Below, piece after piece: positions 7,674 through 17,343 of a DNA stretch of 45,779 nucleotides. The notes below the pieces were generated by a model that saw only the letters and a list, made by a program, of their open reading frames with translations, was not told the DNA's origin and ran no database searches. Both the position numbers and the translations under genes were made by a program. Numbering within the stretch: the first letter of the stretch is position 1; each line of letters opens with the position of its first letter. The DNA is from Enterobacter phage ST22: sequence record OQ957557.1. One strand, written 5' to 3'.

Positions 7674-8061
7674 CTGGGGCCGCGTGGCCCCGTCATGGGA
7701 ACCGCGTAAGCCAGCGGTTGCCCGTGACCCAAATGACCCAATGCCGGACGGGCTGACGGTCACGGCTGAAATCAGGTACGTCCGTTTCCAGAAGGATGGC
7801 GAGAAGATTGATCGCGTGGTTGTGTTCCGCATAACTGCCGGTGAATTTAACAACTGTGAAGCCAATTACCGCATCAAGTGGAACAGGCCGGACAAGCTCA
7901 GGCCGCTCACGGATGTGGTCATGCCGGATAGCAGGGAGCGGGGCCGCATGGTGGCCTCCCGTGATCCAAAGGTGTGGAGTGAGATGTTAGCGGGGCGCTG
8001 CGCCACAATCGTGATTGGCGTCTATATGGGCCACAATTACATTAAAGAAATCAAGAGGTAA
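7657..8061 (+). CDS. Hypothetical protein (134 aa).
   Basis: ORF overlapping the primase stop. Confidence 0.45.
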   Translation: MVNLYNWGRVAPSWEPRKPAVARDPNDPMPDGLTVTAEIRYVRFQKDGEKIDRVVVFRITAGEFNNCEANYRIKWNRPDKLRPLTDVVMPDSRERGRMVASRDPKVWSEMLAGRCATIVIGVYMGHNYIKEIKR

Positions 8062-8066
8062 GCATT

Positions 8067-8912
8067 ATGTTAGATGGAATGAGTAAACCAGGATTAACTG
8101 CGCCGGTTATCGTGATCGCCGGTCCCCCAGGGGCTGGTAAGTCAACGCTGGGCGCATTGTTCCCCATGCCGCTGTTTATTCAAGCTGAGGAGCTGAGTAG
8201 CGTTTTTGATGATTGGGCTGAGGAGGATAAGCCTCACACCTTGCCGATTCTGCCAGCGCATGATCTGGCGCTCAAAAAATCGCCGTATGACACGATCATG
8301 AAACAACTTGATCAGATTGGGCGGGCCAATACCGCAGAGCTGCGGCAGCAGGTGCGCACCCTCGTTATTGACTCCACCAGCGTGCTCAACGCTCTGCTGG
8401 AAGTGGAGATCGTGGAGAAGGACGGCTCTGACTCCATGGGTAACGCCTGCGGTGGTTTCCACAAGGCTTATGAGGTGGCTGCCGGTATGCACACCAAAAT
8501 CATTGAGCGGGCTAAGCGGGTATGCCGCAAGCACAACATGGCGCTCATTTTCCTGGGGCACACCATTGCCCGCAAGATGCGCAACCGCCCAGATGCTGAG
8601 GAGTACAGCGTATGGACTCTGGATATGGGTGAGAAAGCCGCGCAGGTTTACTACCGGCTGAGTGATGCCGTGCTATTCCTGACGGTGGAGGAGTTTGTGC
8701 GCGGTGGGGAAACCAGTAAGAAGGGGATCACCACCAAAAGCGGCAAAATCATCAGCACGGGCCAGCGCATCATTGTGACGTGCCCAGAAGGTAAGCAGGG
8801 ATTCAGCAATGCCAAAAACCGCATGAATCTGGACGCGCTTATCAAAGTGCCAGCTGACAGCAACCCATTGCTGGATCTGATCCCGTTTTACGTCGCCAAT
8901 CCTCTGGGGTGA
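8067..8912 (+). CDS. RecA-like/AAA_24 (Sak4-like) ATPase, putative recombination protein.
   Basis: Walker A VIVIAGPPGAGKST near the N-terminus. RBS AAGAGG upstream. Confidence 0.6.
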   Translation: MLDGMSKPGLTAPVIVIAGPPGAGKSTLGALFPMPLFIQAEELSSVFDDWAEEDKPHTLPILPAHDLALKKSPYDTIMKQLDQIGRANTAELRQQVRTLVIDSTSVLNALLEVEIVEKDGSDSMGNACGGFHKAYEVAAGMHTKIIERAKRVCRKHNMALIFLGHTIARKMRNRPDAEEYSVWTLDMGEKAAQVYYRLSDAVLFLTVEEFVRGGETSKKGITTKSGKIISTGQRIIVTCPEGKQGFSNAKNRMNLDALIKVPADSNPLLDLIPFYVANPLG

Positions 8913-8931
8913 AAATAATTTAAAATAATGG

Positions 8932-8968
8932 TTGACGGTTGAGGTGATTGGGGTAATAATCACCTCAA
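8932..8968 (+). promoter_or_regulatory. Sigma70-like promoter, GGTTGACG family: -35 TTGACG (8932-8937), 17-nt spacer, -10 AATAAT (8955-8960). It is overlapped by the 11-bp inverted repeat TTGAGGTGATT-N8-AATCACCTCAA (8939-8949/8958-8968).
   Basis: ATAATGGTTGACGG with an AT-rich upstream tract. The perfect inverted repeat covers the spacer/-10/TSS, which is an operator-like position. Confidence 0.55.
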
Positions 8969-9007
8969 CAAAACGACAACCGTTTAAACCAAAGAGGACT
9001 TATCAAG

Positions 9008-9976
9008 ATGGCAAACTCAAACGCAATCCGCACCGCTCTGAAAATCGTTTCCCGCATGATTGAACTGCGCAGCTCTGGCATCAAGCTGAAAGTTTATAAG
9101 GCTGAACTGCTCACCATGATGTGCGATCTGCAAAAGGATTTACCGGCAGAGGTTAATTGGTATCTCACCCAGGCTCACCGCTCACGCTCTGGGGAGACTT
9201 TTTTCCGTCGCCTGCGTGATGCAGAGGCGATCATTGTTTCCGCTCTGCGCCTCGCTGAGCAGATGGACGGCTACCACGCTGAGGCGCTGGAAATGGATGA
9301 AGATTTTGAATGCCGCGCCTACACCGTTGAGCACGCTCAGGAGCAGTTTAAAGAGCTTGATCCTGAGGTACGCGGCGAGGTTATCGCAGAGAAACATACT
9401 GAGGCGCTGGCTATTAACGCCGCTTTCGATAGCTCATTCCACCGCCGCGCTGCCAACTGGGGCGCGATGGATATGCTGAGCCGTGAGGTGGCGCTGGATA
9501 AAGCCCACCAGGAAGCGATGGAAATCAATAAGCGCTACCCGCTGAGCCAAAAGCAGAAAGATGCGATCCGCCAGGGTGGCATTGAAATTATGCACCGCGC
9601 CCACCCATTCCTGCTGGAGGAGGATCACGCCAAAGCGCTGCGCATGAATGCGGGTATTGATCGCGCCGTGGAGATCATCAAGCTGATGGCGCTGATGCCT
9701 GGGGCCGGTGATGCAGCAGGTGGCTGCCTTTACCGTGACGGCTTTGACGATATCAATGATCTCGTGGAGGTGGCGCTGCGCATCGTTGGGCCTTACGTCT
9801 ACATGAAGCCAGCAGGATGCGCGGCAGCTATGCGGTGTGATGGGGATCGCGTCTGGTGGTGGTCTGAACGCCGCAAAGTCTGGATTAAAGAGACTGATTG
9901 CACGCCGGAGACTTTCGCCAGCTTTCTGACCACCGGAAACGGATTTTATTGCAGCAACCCAGAAGTAAATCAGTAA
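9008..9976 (+). CDS. Hypothetical protein (322 aa).
   Basis: It is preceded by the leader AAAACGACAACCGTTTAAACCAAAGAGG. I recognise no domain. Confidence 0.6.
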   Translation: MANSNAIRTALKIVSRMIELRSSGIKLKVYKAELLTMMCDLQKDLPAEVNWYLTQAHRSRSGETFFRRLRDAEAIIVSALRLAEQMDGYHAEALEMDEDFECRAYTVEHAQEQFKELDPEVRGEVIAEKHTEALAINAAFDSSFHRRAANWGAMDMLSREVALDKAHQEAMEINKRYPLSQKQKDAIRQGGIEIMHRAHPFLLEEDHAKALRMNAGIDRAVEIIKLMALMPGAGDAAGGCLYRDGFDDINDLVEVALRIVGPYVYMKPAGCAAAMRCDGDRVWWWSERRKVWIKETDCTPETFASFLTTGNGFYCSNPEVNQ

Positions 9977-10045
9977 AAACAGATTGACCAATAACGCCAA
10001 CCGGTTTAAGGTTGGCACCTCAAAACAGTAACGTGGAGTTTTAAA

Positions 10046-10795
10046 ATGGGCTTTTGGACAAAATCAAATGGTGAGCAGGCTGGTGCTAACGCAGACGTTA
10101 ACCAGGACGGCGTTGAAACTGGCAAGGTAGTGCGCATCCCTGACCGCACCAAAGTGCTGGGCGTGCTGAAATCCATTGAGCTGCTGCCGGTCCGTGAGGG
10201 CAAAGAGGCAGATGCTCAGGACGGCGCAACGCTGGGCTATAAAGTCGAGTGGGAAGTGATTGAGAAGGGCGAATATCAGGGCAGCATCCAGCGCCAAGGC
10301 ATCAAGATTTTCGCCACCAAAGATCGCACCCGTGATGAAGCGCTGGAGCTGCTTTTCTTCATGGATAATCTGTTTGCCGATGGTCGTTTCCAGGCAACTG
10401 GTGAGGAGCCGGATCTGGCAGAAATGGAGGCCGCTTTCCAGAATAAACCGGCTATCCTGCTGATCCGTGGTATGGAATCAGAAAACGCGGAAACCGGCGA
10501 GAAAAGCTATTTCAACTGGGTTGGCGGTGTATTCCGTTACAAAGAGCCAGCTACCGCTCACAAAACCCCAGCTGACGCAGTGAACGCAGCCAAAGAGCAG
10601 ATCGCCAAAGGCAACGCAGCAGCAGCCGCCAACAAGCCTAAGCAGGAAACCGCCGCAGAGCGTAAGGCCCGCCTGATGCGTGAGCTGGCTGCTGAGGAGG
10701 AAGCTGAGCAGGCTGAGCAGGTAGAGGCAGCTAAGGCAGAGGATGGCGTTGCACATGGTGGCGCTGATATTGATCCTGAGGATCTGCCGTACTAA
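10046..10795 (+). CDS. Putative ssDNA-binding protein (acidic C-terminal tail ...DIDPEDLPY).
   Basis: The SSB-like acidic C-terminus, the position next to the Sak4-like ATPase and the leader with the AACGCCAACCGGTTTAA motif variant support the call. Confidence 0.4.
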   Translation: MGFWTKSNGEQAGANADVNQDGVETGKVVRIPDRTKVLGVLKSIELLPVREGKEADAQDGATLGYKVEWEVIEKGEYQGSIQRQGIKIFATKDRTRDEALELLFFMDNLFADGRFQATGEEPDLAEMEAAFQNKPAILLIRGMESENAETGEKSYFNWVGGVFRYKEPATAHKTPADAVNAAKEQIAKGNAAAAANKPKQETAAERKARLMRELAAEEEAEQAEQVEAAKAEDGVAHGGADIDPEDLPY

Positions 10796-10817
10796 TCCAG
10801 CCGGATTAATCCCATGA

Positions 10818-10840
10818 GGGCACTGCGGTGCCCTTTTTTA
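10818..10840 (+). terminator. Rho-independent terminator: GGGCAC-TGCG-GTGCCC followed by TTTTTT.
   Basis: Read directly. It lies downstream of the 10046..10795 gene. Confidence 0.7.
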
Positions 10841-10850
10841 CCACTAAAAT

Positions 10851-11198
10851 ATGAGTAAGCCCGTGATGAATGCTGCCACCGATCAGGCACCAGTGCCACG
10901 TAAGCCACGCAAGCGCCGCCGCAGCGCTGCACAAAAGGTTAAGGCCGCCAATAAGGCCAAAGCCAGATACATCAAAAACAACCCCACCAAACGCCGCGCC
11001 CACCGGCTGATTGAGAACGGCCTGAAAAACGGCTCAATCACCAAAGGCACGGAGTGCTGCGAGTGTCACACCCCAACCACTGAGAAGCGCGTGATCGCCC
11101 ATCATGATGATTATGCGCAGCCGCTGGCAATCCGCTGGATGTGTGATAAGTGTCACCGCGCCTGGCATAACATCCACGGCGAGGCGCTCAACCCATGA
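10851..11198 (+). CDS. Small basic protein with a Cys/His zinc-finger-like motif (CCECH..C..CH).
   Basis: N-terminus RKPRKRRRSAAQKVKAANKAKAR, then CCECH...MCDKCHRAWH. Confidence 0.5.
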   Translation: MSKPVMNAATDQAPVPRKPRKRRRSAAQKVKAANKAKARYIKNNPTKRRAHRLIENGLKNGSITKGTECCECHTPTTEKRVIAHHDDYAQPLAIRWMCDKCHRAWHNIHGEALNP

Positions 11199-11746
11199 TC
11201 TACACCAGCAAAACAACGCCGATAATCAGCGCGTGCAGCCGCCTGGTGTGGGCTGCCAGCCACCAGCCGCAGGTGATGGAGATCGTGGAGCGCCTGCACC
11301 TCATTGACGACGCGGTAAAGCGGTCCGTAATGGCTGACGCGCCGCCGCTGCGTTTTAAGGATCTGGCTATCCGGTCCGGCTACATTGACGGCATCATCAA
11401 CGCCGCAGGCAATAAGCTGCTTTACGTGGCGGTTAGCTATGACGATGAGCCAACGGATGCGCACCTGCTGCACGTCCAGCGCCAGCTGGCTGACCTTAAC
11501 GCCCGCAAGGAAACCCACCTGCACATGCAGGAGGCTTTTATGCTCATCGTGAATAAAAGCGCTGGGCGCTTCCGTGAGCGCGTTATGCCTTACCGTGATG
11601 AGTTTGCCATTGACTTTCAATTTATCGCTGATGAGCCGCTCCCAGGCCCTGAGGTGGTCAATTCTGAGTGTAACCTTTGCCCGCTGCGTTATGACTGCGA
11701 AACGCTGGCGGCGAGTGATGCTAAAGGGGTGCATCGTGATTTTTAA
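11195..11746 (+). CDS. Hypothetical protein (183 aa).
   Basis: ORF overlapping its neighbours by 4 and 10 nt. Confidence 0.5.
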   Translation: MIYTSKTTPIISACSRLVWAASHQPQVMEIVERLHLIDDAVKRSVMADAPPLRFKDLAIRSGYIDGIINAAGNKLLYVAVSYDDEPTDAHLLHVQRQLADLNARKETHLHMQEAFMLIVNKSAGRFRERVMPYRDEFAIDFQFIADEPLPGPEVVNSECNLCPLRYDCETLAASDAKGVHRDF

Positions 11747-13637
11747 ACTGAGGGGCTACCAGCAGGATGCAGTTGACGCTGTTATCGCCCAGATCCGGCG
11801 CTCAGTCGCTTCCGCCGTCATTGTCCTGCCTACTGGGGCGGGCAAGTCTCTGGTGGTGGCTGAGCTAGCTAAACGCATTCACCATGACAGCAAGGGCAAG
11901 CGCGTGCTCTGCCTTGCTCCAACCGCTGAGCTGGTGACGCAGAACCGCAAAAAATTCCTGGCTTTTGGCTATGATGCCAGCCTGTTTTCAGCATCAGCCG
12001 GTGGCAAGTCAACCCGCCATCCGGTGATTTTCGGCAGCCCAATGACCGTGGCTAACAGCGTTGAGCGTTTTTATGATGATGTGGCTGCCATCATCGTTGA
12101 TGAATGCCAGGGCATCACCAGCACCCTGCTGAAAATCATTGATTCCATCCGTGAACATAATCCACGCGTGCGCCTGATTGGCATGACTGCCACGCCATAC
12201 CGCACCGGCACCGGCTACATCTACAAAGATCATTACATCAACGGGCCAACGGATGAAACCAACGCCCGTGATCCATATTTTGACCGCGTGGTGTATGAGC
12301 TGCCTGCGCAGTATCTGATTGACAACAGTTTCCTTAACCCGCCTCTGGTAGGCGAGCGGATCACGCTGGGTTACTCCACCAGCGGGCTGGAAATGCGCGG
12401 TGATAAATTCACCAATGACAGCGTGAAAGAGGCGTTTGAGGGTGAGGCTCGCCTGACCTATCAGATTGTCCAGGATATCGTTGAGCGGGTGGAAACTGGC
12501 GGTTATCGCAGCGTGATGATTTTTGCCGCCACCCGTGACCATGCAGAGGAAGTGTGCAGCTATTTGCCAGCCGGTGAGTGGGTTGCGGTGTACGGTGACA
12601 CGCCGAAAGCGCAGCGTGATATTAACCTGAATGCTTTCATTGCCAACAAATATAAATACATCGTCAACCAAAACATATTGACAACCGGTTTCGATGCGCC
12701 TATGGTTGACGTTATCGGAGTGATGCGCGCCACTGAGTCACCTGGCCTTTACCAGCAAATCATTGGACGCGGCACCCGCCTCTGCGATGTTCCATACCCA
12801 GACGGCAGGATGAAAGATCACTTTCTGGTGCTGGAATATGCTGAGAATATCAGCCGCCACTTTAAGGAAACCGGCGATCTATTTGTGCCGGAGATTAAAG
12901 CCCGTAAGCCGCCAACCGGCACGCCCATGGAGGTGCCTTGCCCAGATTGTGGGTTTGTGAATACGTTCACGGCGCGGCCTAACGAGGAGAATCTCAAGAT
13001 TGATGAGCATGGCTATTTCCTGGACTTGTCCGGCAGTCAGCTGATGATTGAGATCAAGGAGGGGCGCAAGGGTGAGGAGATTTACAAAGAGGTGCCAATG
13101 CCTGCCCACTTCGGCAGACGCTGCACCAACATGCTGGAGCAGGGGCCACTGCGTGAGATTAAGCGCTGCGGCTATATGTGGAGCTTTAAGAGCTGCCCTG
13201 AGTGTGGCACTCAAAACGATATAGCCGCACGCAAATGCACGGCCTGCAAATGCGAGATTGTCAACCCTAATGACAAACTCAAAGAGGAGGCCGAAATGCT
13301 GGAGAAAGATCCGCACGCGGTTAAAACGGCAAACGTCACTGGGATGCTGTGGCAACGGTCATGGTCACGCAAAGGCGATCAGATGCTCATCCTGACCTGG
13401 CTGACTGATCACAAGCTCAAGATGTTCCGCAAGATTGAGCAGCCATTTATCCCAGACCACGAAAAGGCGTTTCCGCGCCAGAAGTGGGAGCGCATGAGTA
13501 AAGATCTGTTTGGGCACGTCAAGGATATTGAGGACGCGCTCAGTTTGCAGAAAGCGGCCCGCCTACCGGCGCGCATTGTTTTCCAGCGGCCTAAGGGCCA
13601 GAAGTACCCAATCATTAAACGTCTGGAGTTTGAATAA
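11737..13637 (+). CDS. SF2 (DEAD/DEAH-like) helicase with C-terminal zinc ribbons. Start inferred at the GTG after an AAAGGGG RBS.
   Basis: RGYQQDAV...LPTGAGKS (motif I), DECQ (motif II), and C-terminal CPDCG...CPECG...CTACKC. Confidence 0.8.
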
Positions 13638-14089
13638 TGATTTTTCCTGATGGTGTGCCGGTCTACGGCGATAAAAATTTTCGTGACAAGAAATGCCCTA
13701 AAGAGGATGCGGAGCTGATCACGTTTTTCAATCAGCTACGCCGCCGCAGTCCGGCGCTGGCAGCCGTGGCGCTGCATATCAAAAACGAGGGCCAGCGCAC
13801 CGGTGAGCAGGCCATCAGAGAGCGCGCAAAGGGCGCGCTTAAAACTGGTGCCACCGATATTGTGATCACTGCCGCAGGCTCATTCATCTGTGAGCTTAAG
13901 CGCAAGGATCACACCCTCAGCAGGCTGGAAGGGGCGCAAAAGGAGCAGCTGCTGGCTGGGATGGAGGTTGGCGCGTTTGCCTGCATCGCGCTGGGTTGGG
14001 AGGCCGCATTTGAGGCTCTGGAGGCGTTTATTGACACGCTACCCAAAGCCGTGCGCGCCCGTATTCAATACACTGTGGAGCTGATTTAA
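13637..14089 (+). CDS. VRR-NUC domain nuclease (PD-(D/E)XK).
   Basis: ...TGATDIVITAAGSFICELKRKD... (D..E.K), downstream of the helicase. Confidence 0.6.
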   Translation: MIFPDGVPVYGDKNFRDKKCPKEDAELITFFNQLRRRSPALAAVALHIKNEGQRTGEQAIRERAKGALKTGATDIVITAAGSFICELKRKDHTLSRLEGAQKEQLLAGMEVGAFACIALGWEAAFEALEAFIDTLPKAVRARIQYTVELI

Positions 14090-14658
14090 TGACCACGTTA
14101 CGAATTGATAAGCCTCTGCTGGAGGCCATGCACCTGGTGAAAGGCCAGCCCAATAAAGAATGGCGCGGCTGGATGCTGGGGATCTGCTTTGCCGCAGACG
14201 GGCAGGTTTTTGCCACTAATGGGCATGTGCTGGCTGCCTCGCCTGGCTATCCGGTTGAGGATAAGCCTGAGGGGTTTGCCGGTGTCTGCCTGGAAATCCC
14301 CAAAACGCCCGCCAACCTGAAAAAGTATGAGCAGGTGGTTATCTCTCTGGAGGAGGGGCTGGCCCGCTACCTTGATGAGCAGGGTAATGAGCTGGGAGTG
14401 CAGGCGGTTAAGCGCGTGGACATTCCCAGCCTACCGAAAGTAGGGGCTGTTATTGAGCGCCCACCAGCAGAGCCTCAGAATGAATTTGTTTTCAATCCGG
14501 GCTACCTCGCCATGATTGAAAAAATCGCCCTCCTCTTTGAGAAAAAGCTGGAGAAAAAGATCTATGTGCGTATACGCGGCACGGATAACTGCGCGTTTAT
14601 TGCTTACCCAACCTGCGGCGTTGAAATCCGTTTCATGGTCGCCCCGATTAAGGTTTAA
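14089..14658 (+). CDS. Hypothetical protein (189 aa).
   Basis: ORF with an ATGA start/stop overlap with the VRR-NUC gene. Confidence 0.5.
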   Translation: MTTLRIDKPLLEAMHLVKGQPNKEWRGWMLGICFAADGQVFATNGHVLAASPGYPVEDKPEGFAGVCLEIPKTPANLKKYEQVVISLEEGLARYLDEQGNELGVQAVKRVDIPSLPKVGAVIERPPAEPQNEFVFNPGYLAMIEKIALLFEKKLEKKIYVRIRGTDNCAFIAYPTCGVEIRFMVAPIKV

Positions 14659-14663
14659 AAAAA

Positions 14664-15205
14664 TGCCGATCCCACTCAAACATAAGCATGAAGATCCCAC
14701 CCAGGAATACCTGCACGGGATGTTTAACTATGACCCAGAAACGGGCATTTTCACGTTCAAAGATGCAAAGAGCCGCAACGCATTCAGCCAGGGCAAGAAA
14801 GCCCGCGCTCATCGCATTGGTAAGCCGTGGTGTGGCACTGAGGTGCTCAGCGGGCGCATCTTCATAAACATTGGGAAGCGTCAGCGGCAGGCTAACCGGC
14901 TGGCGTGGATCTACGTCCATGGAAGCATCCCAGAGGGGATGGAGGTTGGGTATATCACTCCGCTGGACCCGCTAAACCCAGAGGCCAGCGGAAACTACGC
15001 CAACCGGCTGAGCAACCTGCGGCTCTGCACCCGTGAGGAGTTTAACACTGAGACTCAGCGCCGGATTGAGAAGCGCGCCAGAGAGGCCGGTAAGAAGGTG
15101 GGCCGCACGCCTAAGCCAATGGCTCAGCTGGAGCGGGAGCGCTCGCAGGCGGGCTATCAGGGCGGCTCTGCGTTGTTCAAAATGATGATGGGCCAGAGAG
15201 TTTAG
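14664..15205 (+). CDS. HNH_3-like (homing-endonuclease-like) protein, degenerate.
   Basis: ...RLAWIYVHGSIPEGMEVGYITPLDPLNPEASGNYANRLSNLRLCTREE resembles the HNH_3 pattern, but the catalytic His-Asp-Gly-Asn is not conserved. Confidence 0.4.
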
Positions 15206-15208
15206 GCC

Positions 15209-15243
15209 AAAAAAAACCCGCGTCCAAAGTGGCGCGGGGTTTA
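15209..15243. terminator. Hairpin CCCGCG-N10-CGCGGG flanked by an A8 run and GTTT. Weak bidirectional terminator.
   Basis: Read directly. The T-tract is short on the plus strand. Confidence 0.4.
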
Positions 15244-15306
15244 ACCAATCCAAACTCAAAAAGTAAGCGGATTAACTTTAGGCAATATTTGATTAAGGAT
15301 CAAACC

Positions 15307-15486
15307 ATGTTTGTTGAGAAATATATTGTTTGGCTGGCTGCGTGCCAATTCCTGCGCCACATCCTGGACGTATGCCGCAGTAAGCCATATGTGGAGCCGG
15401 TAAACAAATGGACCCGATTAGGGCACGCCATTGCCATGGTTATCTGGCTGCTGGCAACAATCCACCTCTGGGGCAAACTGCCATGA
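15307..15486 (+). CDS. Small hydrophobic protein (~59 aa).
   Basis: AAGGA RBS, ATG at 15307, two hydrophobic segments. ATGA overlap with the next gene. Confidence 0.35.
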   Translation: MFVEKYIVWLAACQFLRHILDVCRSKPYVEPVNKWTRLGHAIAMVIWLLATIHLWGKLP

Positions 15487-16052
15487 GTGGAAACTTTAAC
15501 CCAGGGAAAGAGAGTAAAACTGATGCAGACGAAAAGAATTTTTGGGCCACCCAATGGCATTGTTTCCATGATGGTGAGAGGCTTTACGGTCGCCGGTTTG
15601 AGCATGACGTGGCAGCCATGCGGCACACCGCCAAAGTGCCAGGGGCTTATTACGGGCCAGATCACGAGCTTGAGCAGTACCGTGACGCGCTCACGTTAGG
15701 CTGGCCTGATCATTGGTGGTGTAACCCACCGTTTGACCGTAAGCAGGATTTCATCATCAAGGCCCGTGAGCAGCAGGCTATGGGCCGCCCTGGCATGATG
15801 TTGATCCCGTATGAGCCGTGCAGCGGTTGGTGGCAGGATTTGCTGGCTGAGGACGTGATTATCTATGAGCCACGGGGCCGCTATAACTTCTATGCGCCGG
15901 ATGGGGAAACGCCAAAGAGCGGCGTTAACTTCCCGATTGCCTTTGTGGCTTTTCCGACGATGAAGATCGGCCCATCGGTGCGCGTGCAATTCAGGAAATC
16001 ACCGGCCCCGCGCCTGCCACGAAAAAAGAAAGAAAAAAAGGTTGGCGCTTAA
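15483..16052 (+). CDS. dam: Phage-type DNA N6-adenine methyltransferase (Dam family, NPPF motif).
   Basis: ...HWWCNPPFDRKQDFIIKA... (motif IV NPPF). Small ~190-aa phage Dam architecture. Confidence 0.7.
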   Translation: MSGNFNPGKESKTDADEKNFWATQWHCFHDGERLYGRRFEHDVAAMRHTAKVPGAYYGPDHELEQYRDALTLGWPDHWWCNPPFDRKQDFIIKAREQQAMGRPGMMLIPYEPCSGWWQDLLAEDVIIYEPRGRYNFYAPDGETPKSGVNFPIAFVAFPTMKIGPSVRVQFRKSPAPRLPRKKKEKKVGA

Positions 16053-16123
16053 ACGTCATTCGTTTTATAGTTCGTTTCACGGGGCCAGCAGGTGGCCCCA
16101 CTAACCAAACAAAAGGTAAGCAA

Positions 16124-16642
16124 ATGAGCATTTTGTCCATGGTTGTAACAGCTATCCGTAACGCGAAAAGCCGCAAAATGAAACGCACCATTGCAAAGGT
16201 AGGCGCTAACCTGGTGGCGGCAGCCGCAGCTCCTGACACAGGCGCTCTTGTCGAAACTAACGACGCGCCGCACCCGCTGCACATGCTGATCGAAAAAGAG
16301 GGTATTGGCCCACGCGGTAAAACCGGCAAAATCACCCACCGCCTGCGCAACGGGATCGACTTTTACAGCTGCTCAGACCTGGCGGCTAAACAGGTTGATC
16401 GCCTGATTGATGATCTGCGCGATGTGTACGGCAAAACCAGCACGCTGAGCCTGTTTGAGCGCGGCACCGGCAATGCACCTTACGAAATGGTGATGGTGGT
16501 CAAGAAAAATGATCGCACCGTGGCAGAGGTGTGCCTGGTCGCCGGTTACTCTGAGCAGAGCTACGTGCGCCGCAGCCAGAAGATTTTTAACGCTCTGGGA
16601 AGCACCAGCCGCGCATGGGCTATCAACGGCCTGCAAAAATGA
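16124..16642 (+). CDS. Hypothetical protein (172 aa).
   Basis: ORF preceded by a GGGGCCA-N5-TGGCCCC hairpin at 16081-16099. Confidence 0.5.
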   Translation: MSILSMVVTAIRNAKSRKMKRTIAKVGANLVAAAAAPDTGALVETNDAPHPLHMLIEKEGIGPRGKTGKITHRLRNGIDFYSCSDLAAKQVDRLIDDLRDVYGKTSTLSLFERGTGNAPYEMVMVVKKNDRTVAEVCLVAGYSEQSYVRRSQKIFNALGSTSRAWAINGLQK

Positions 16643-16779
16643 GAATGACCGTTATCACCCTGCTTTGTGTAGCTCTGGCAAGCTGCACGGCTCAGCAGGT
16701 GCAGACGGTTGCCACGGTGTGCGATATCGCCGCCAAAGTGCTGGGGTGCGTTGCTGGCACAATGCCACCAGCCAAATAA
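16639..16779 (+). CDS. Small lipoprotein (46 aa), entericidin/Cor-like size class.
   Basis: MRMTVITLLCVALASC has the lipobox LASC. ATGA overlap with the upstream gene. It is below the 60-aa ORF-track cutoff. Confidence 0.45.
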   Translation: MRMTVITLLCVALASCTAQQVQTVATVCDIAAKVLGCVAGTMPPAK

Positions 16780-16783
16780 TTAA

Positions 16784-16808
16784 CCGGCCCACGGATGGGC
16801 CAATTTTT
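16784..16808 (+). terminator. GGCCCA-CGGA-TGGGCC hairpin followed by AATTTTTGA.
   Basis: Read directly, after the small lipoprotein gene. Confidence 0.45.
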
Positions 16809-16821
16809 GAGGATTGACCAG

Positions 16822-17343
16822 ATGAGTTTTGTAAAGGTTGAGCTGCGCACCAGTGTGGCCAACAAAGCCCTGAAATTGATGAGCCGCCGCTATAGCACCA
16901 ATAACCAGCGGGAAATGCAGATCGGCCTGCTGGGTGAATATGCGGTTGCCCAGTGGCTTGAGAGTGAGGGGAAAACTGTTAATCATTGCTCAGTGGCAGA
17001 AATGCGTTTTGCTGAGCGTGAGGGCAGCGCTGACCTGAGCTATCTGAGCCGCTACGGTGAGCAGGTCAACGTGCAGGTAAAGGCCACTGAGTTTGATACG
17101 TGCTGGATCACGGCTGGCTGCCTTAAAGGCTATCTTTGCCGCAACGTTCATGAGATCTATTTTGTGGACGTGTTTATCAACGGGCCGGTAACAACCGCCT
17201 TTATTTATCACCAGACAACGCCGCAGCGCATCAAAGCGCAGTGGGTGGAAGTGGACAAAGGCAAACGCCTGATCCACCCGTCACTGCACCGTGCGCGCCG
17301 CCGTTATACTGGCATTAACCCAACTGAGGAAGTGAGCAAATGA
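16822..17343 (+). CDS. Putative PD-(D/E)XK-family nuclease-like protein (~174 aa).
   Basis: GLLGEYAVAQWL (helix with conserved E) ... GSADL ... VNVQVK (D..Q.K). A weak motif match only. Confidence 0.35.
   Translation: MSFVKVELRTSVANKALKLMSRRYSTNNQREMQIGLLGEYAVAQWLESEGKTVNHCSVAEMRFAEREGSADLSYLSRYGEQVNVQVKATEFDTCWITAGCLKGYLCRNVHEIYFVDVFINGPVTTAFIYHQTTPQRIKAQWVEVDKGKRLIHPSLHRARRRYTGINPTEEVSK

Noticed and set aside
9994-10016. GCCAACC-N7-GGTTGGC hairpin after gene 9008..9976 as a terminator
   Set aside because: It has no downstream U-tract. The sequence is a variant of the conserved AACG(A/C)CAACC..TTTAA leader of the next gene, so I treat it as part of that leader.
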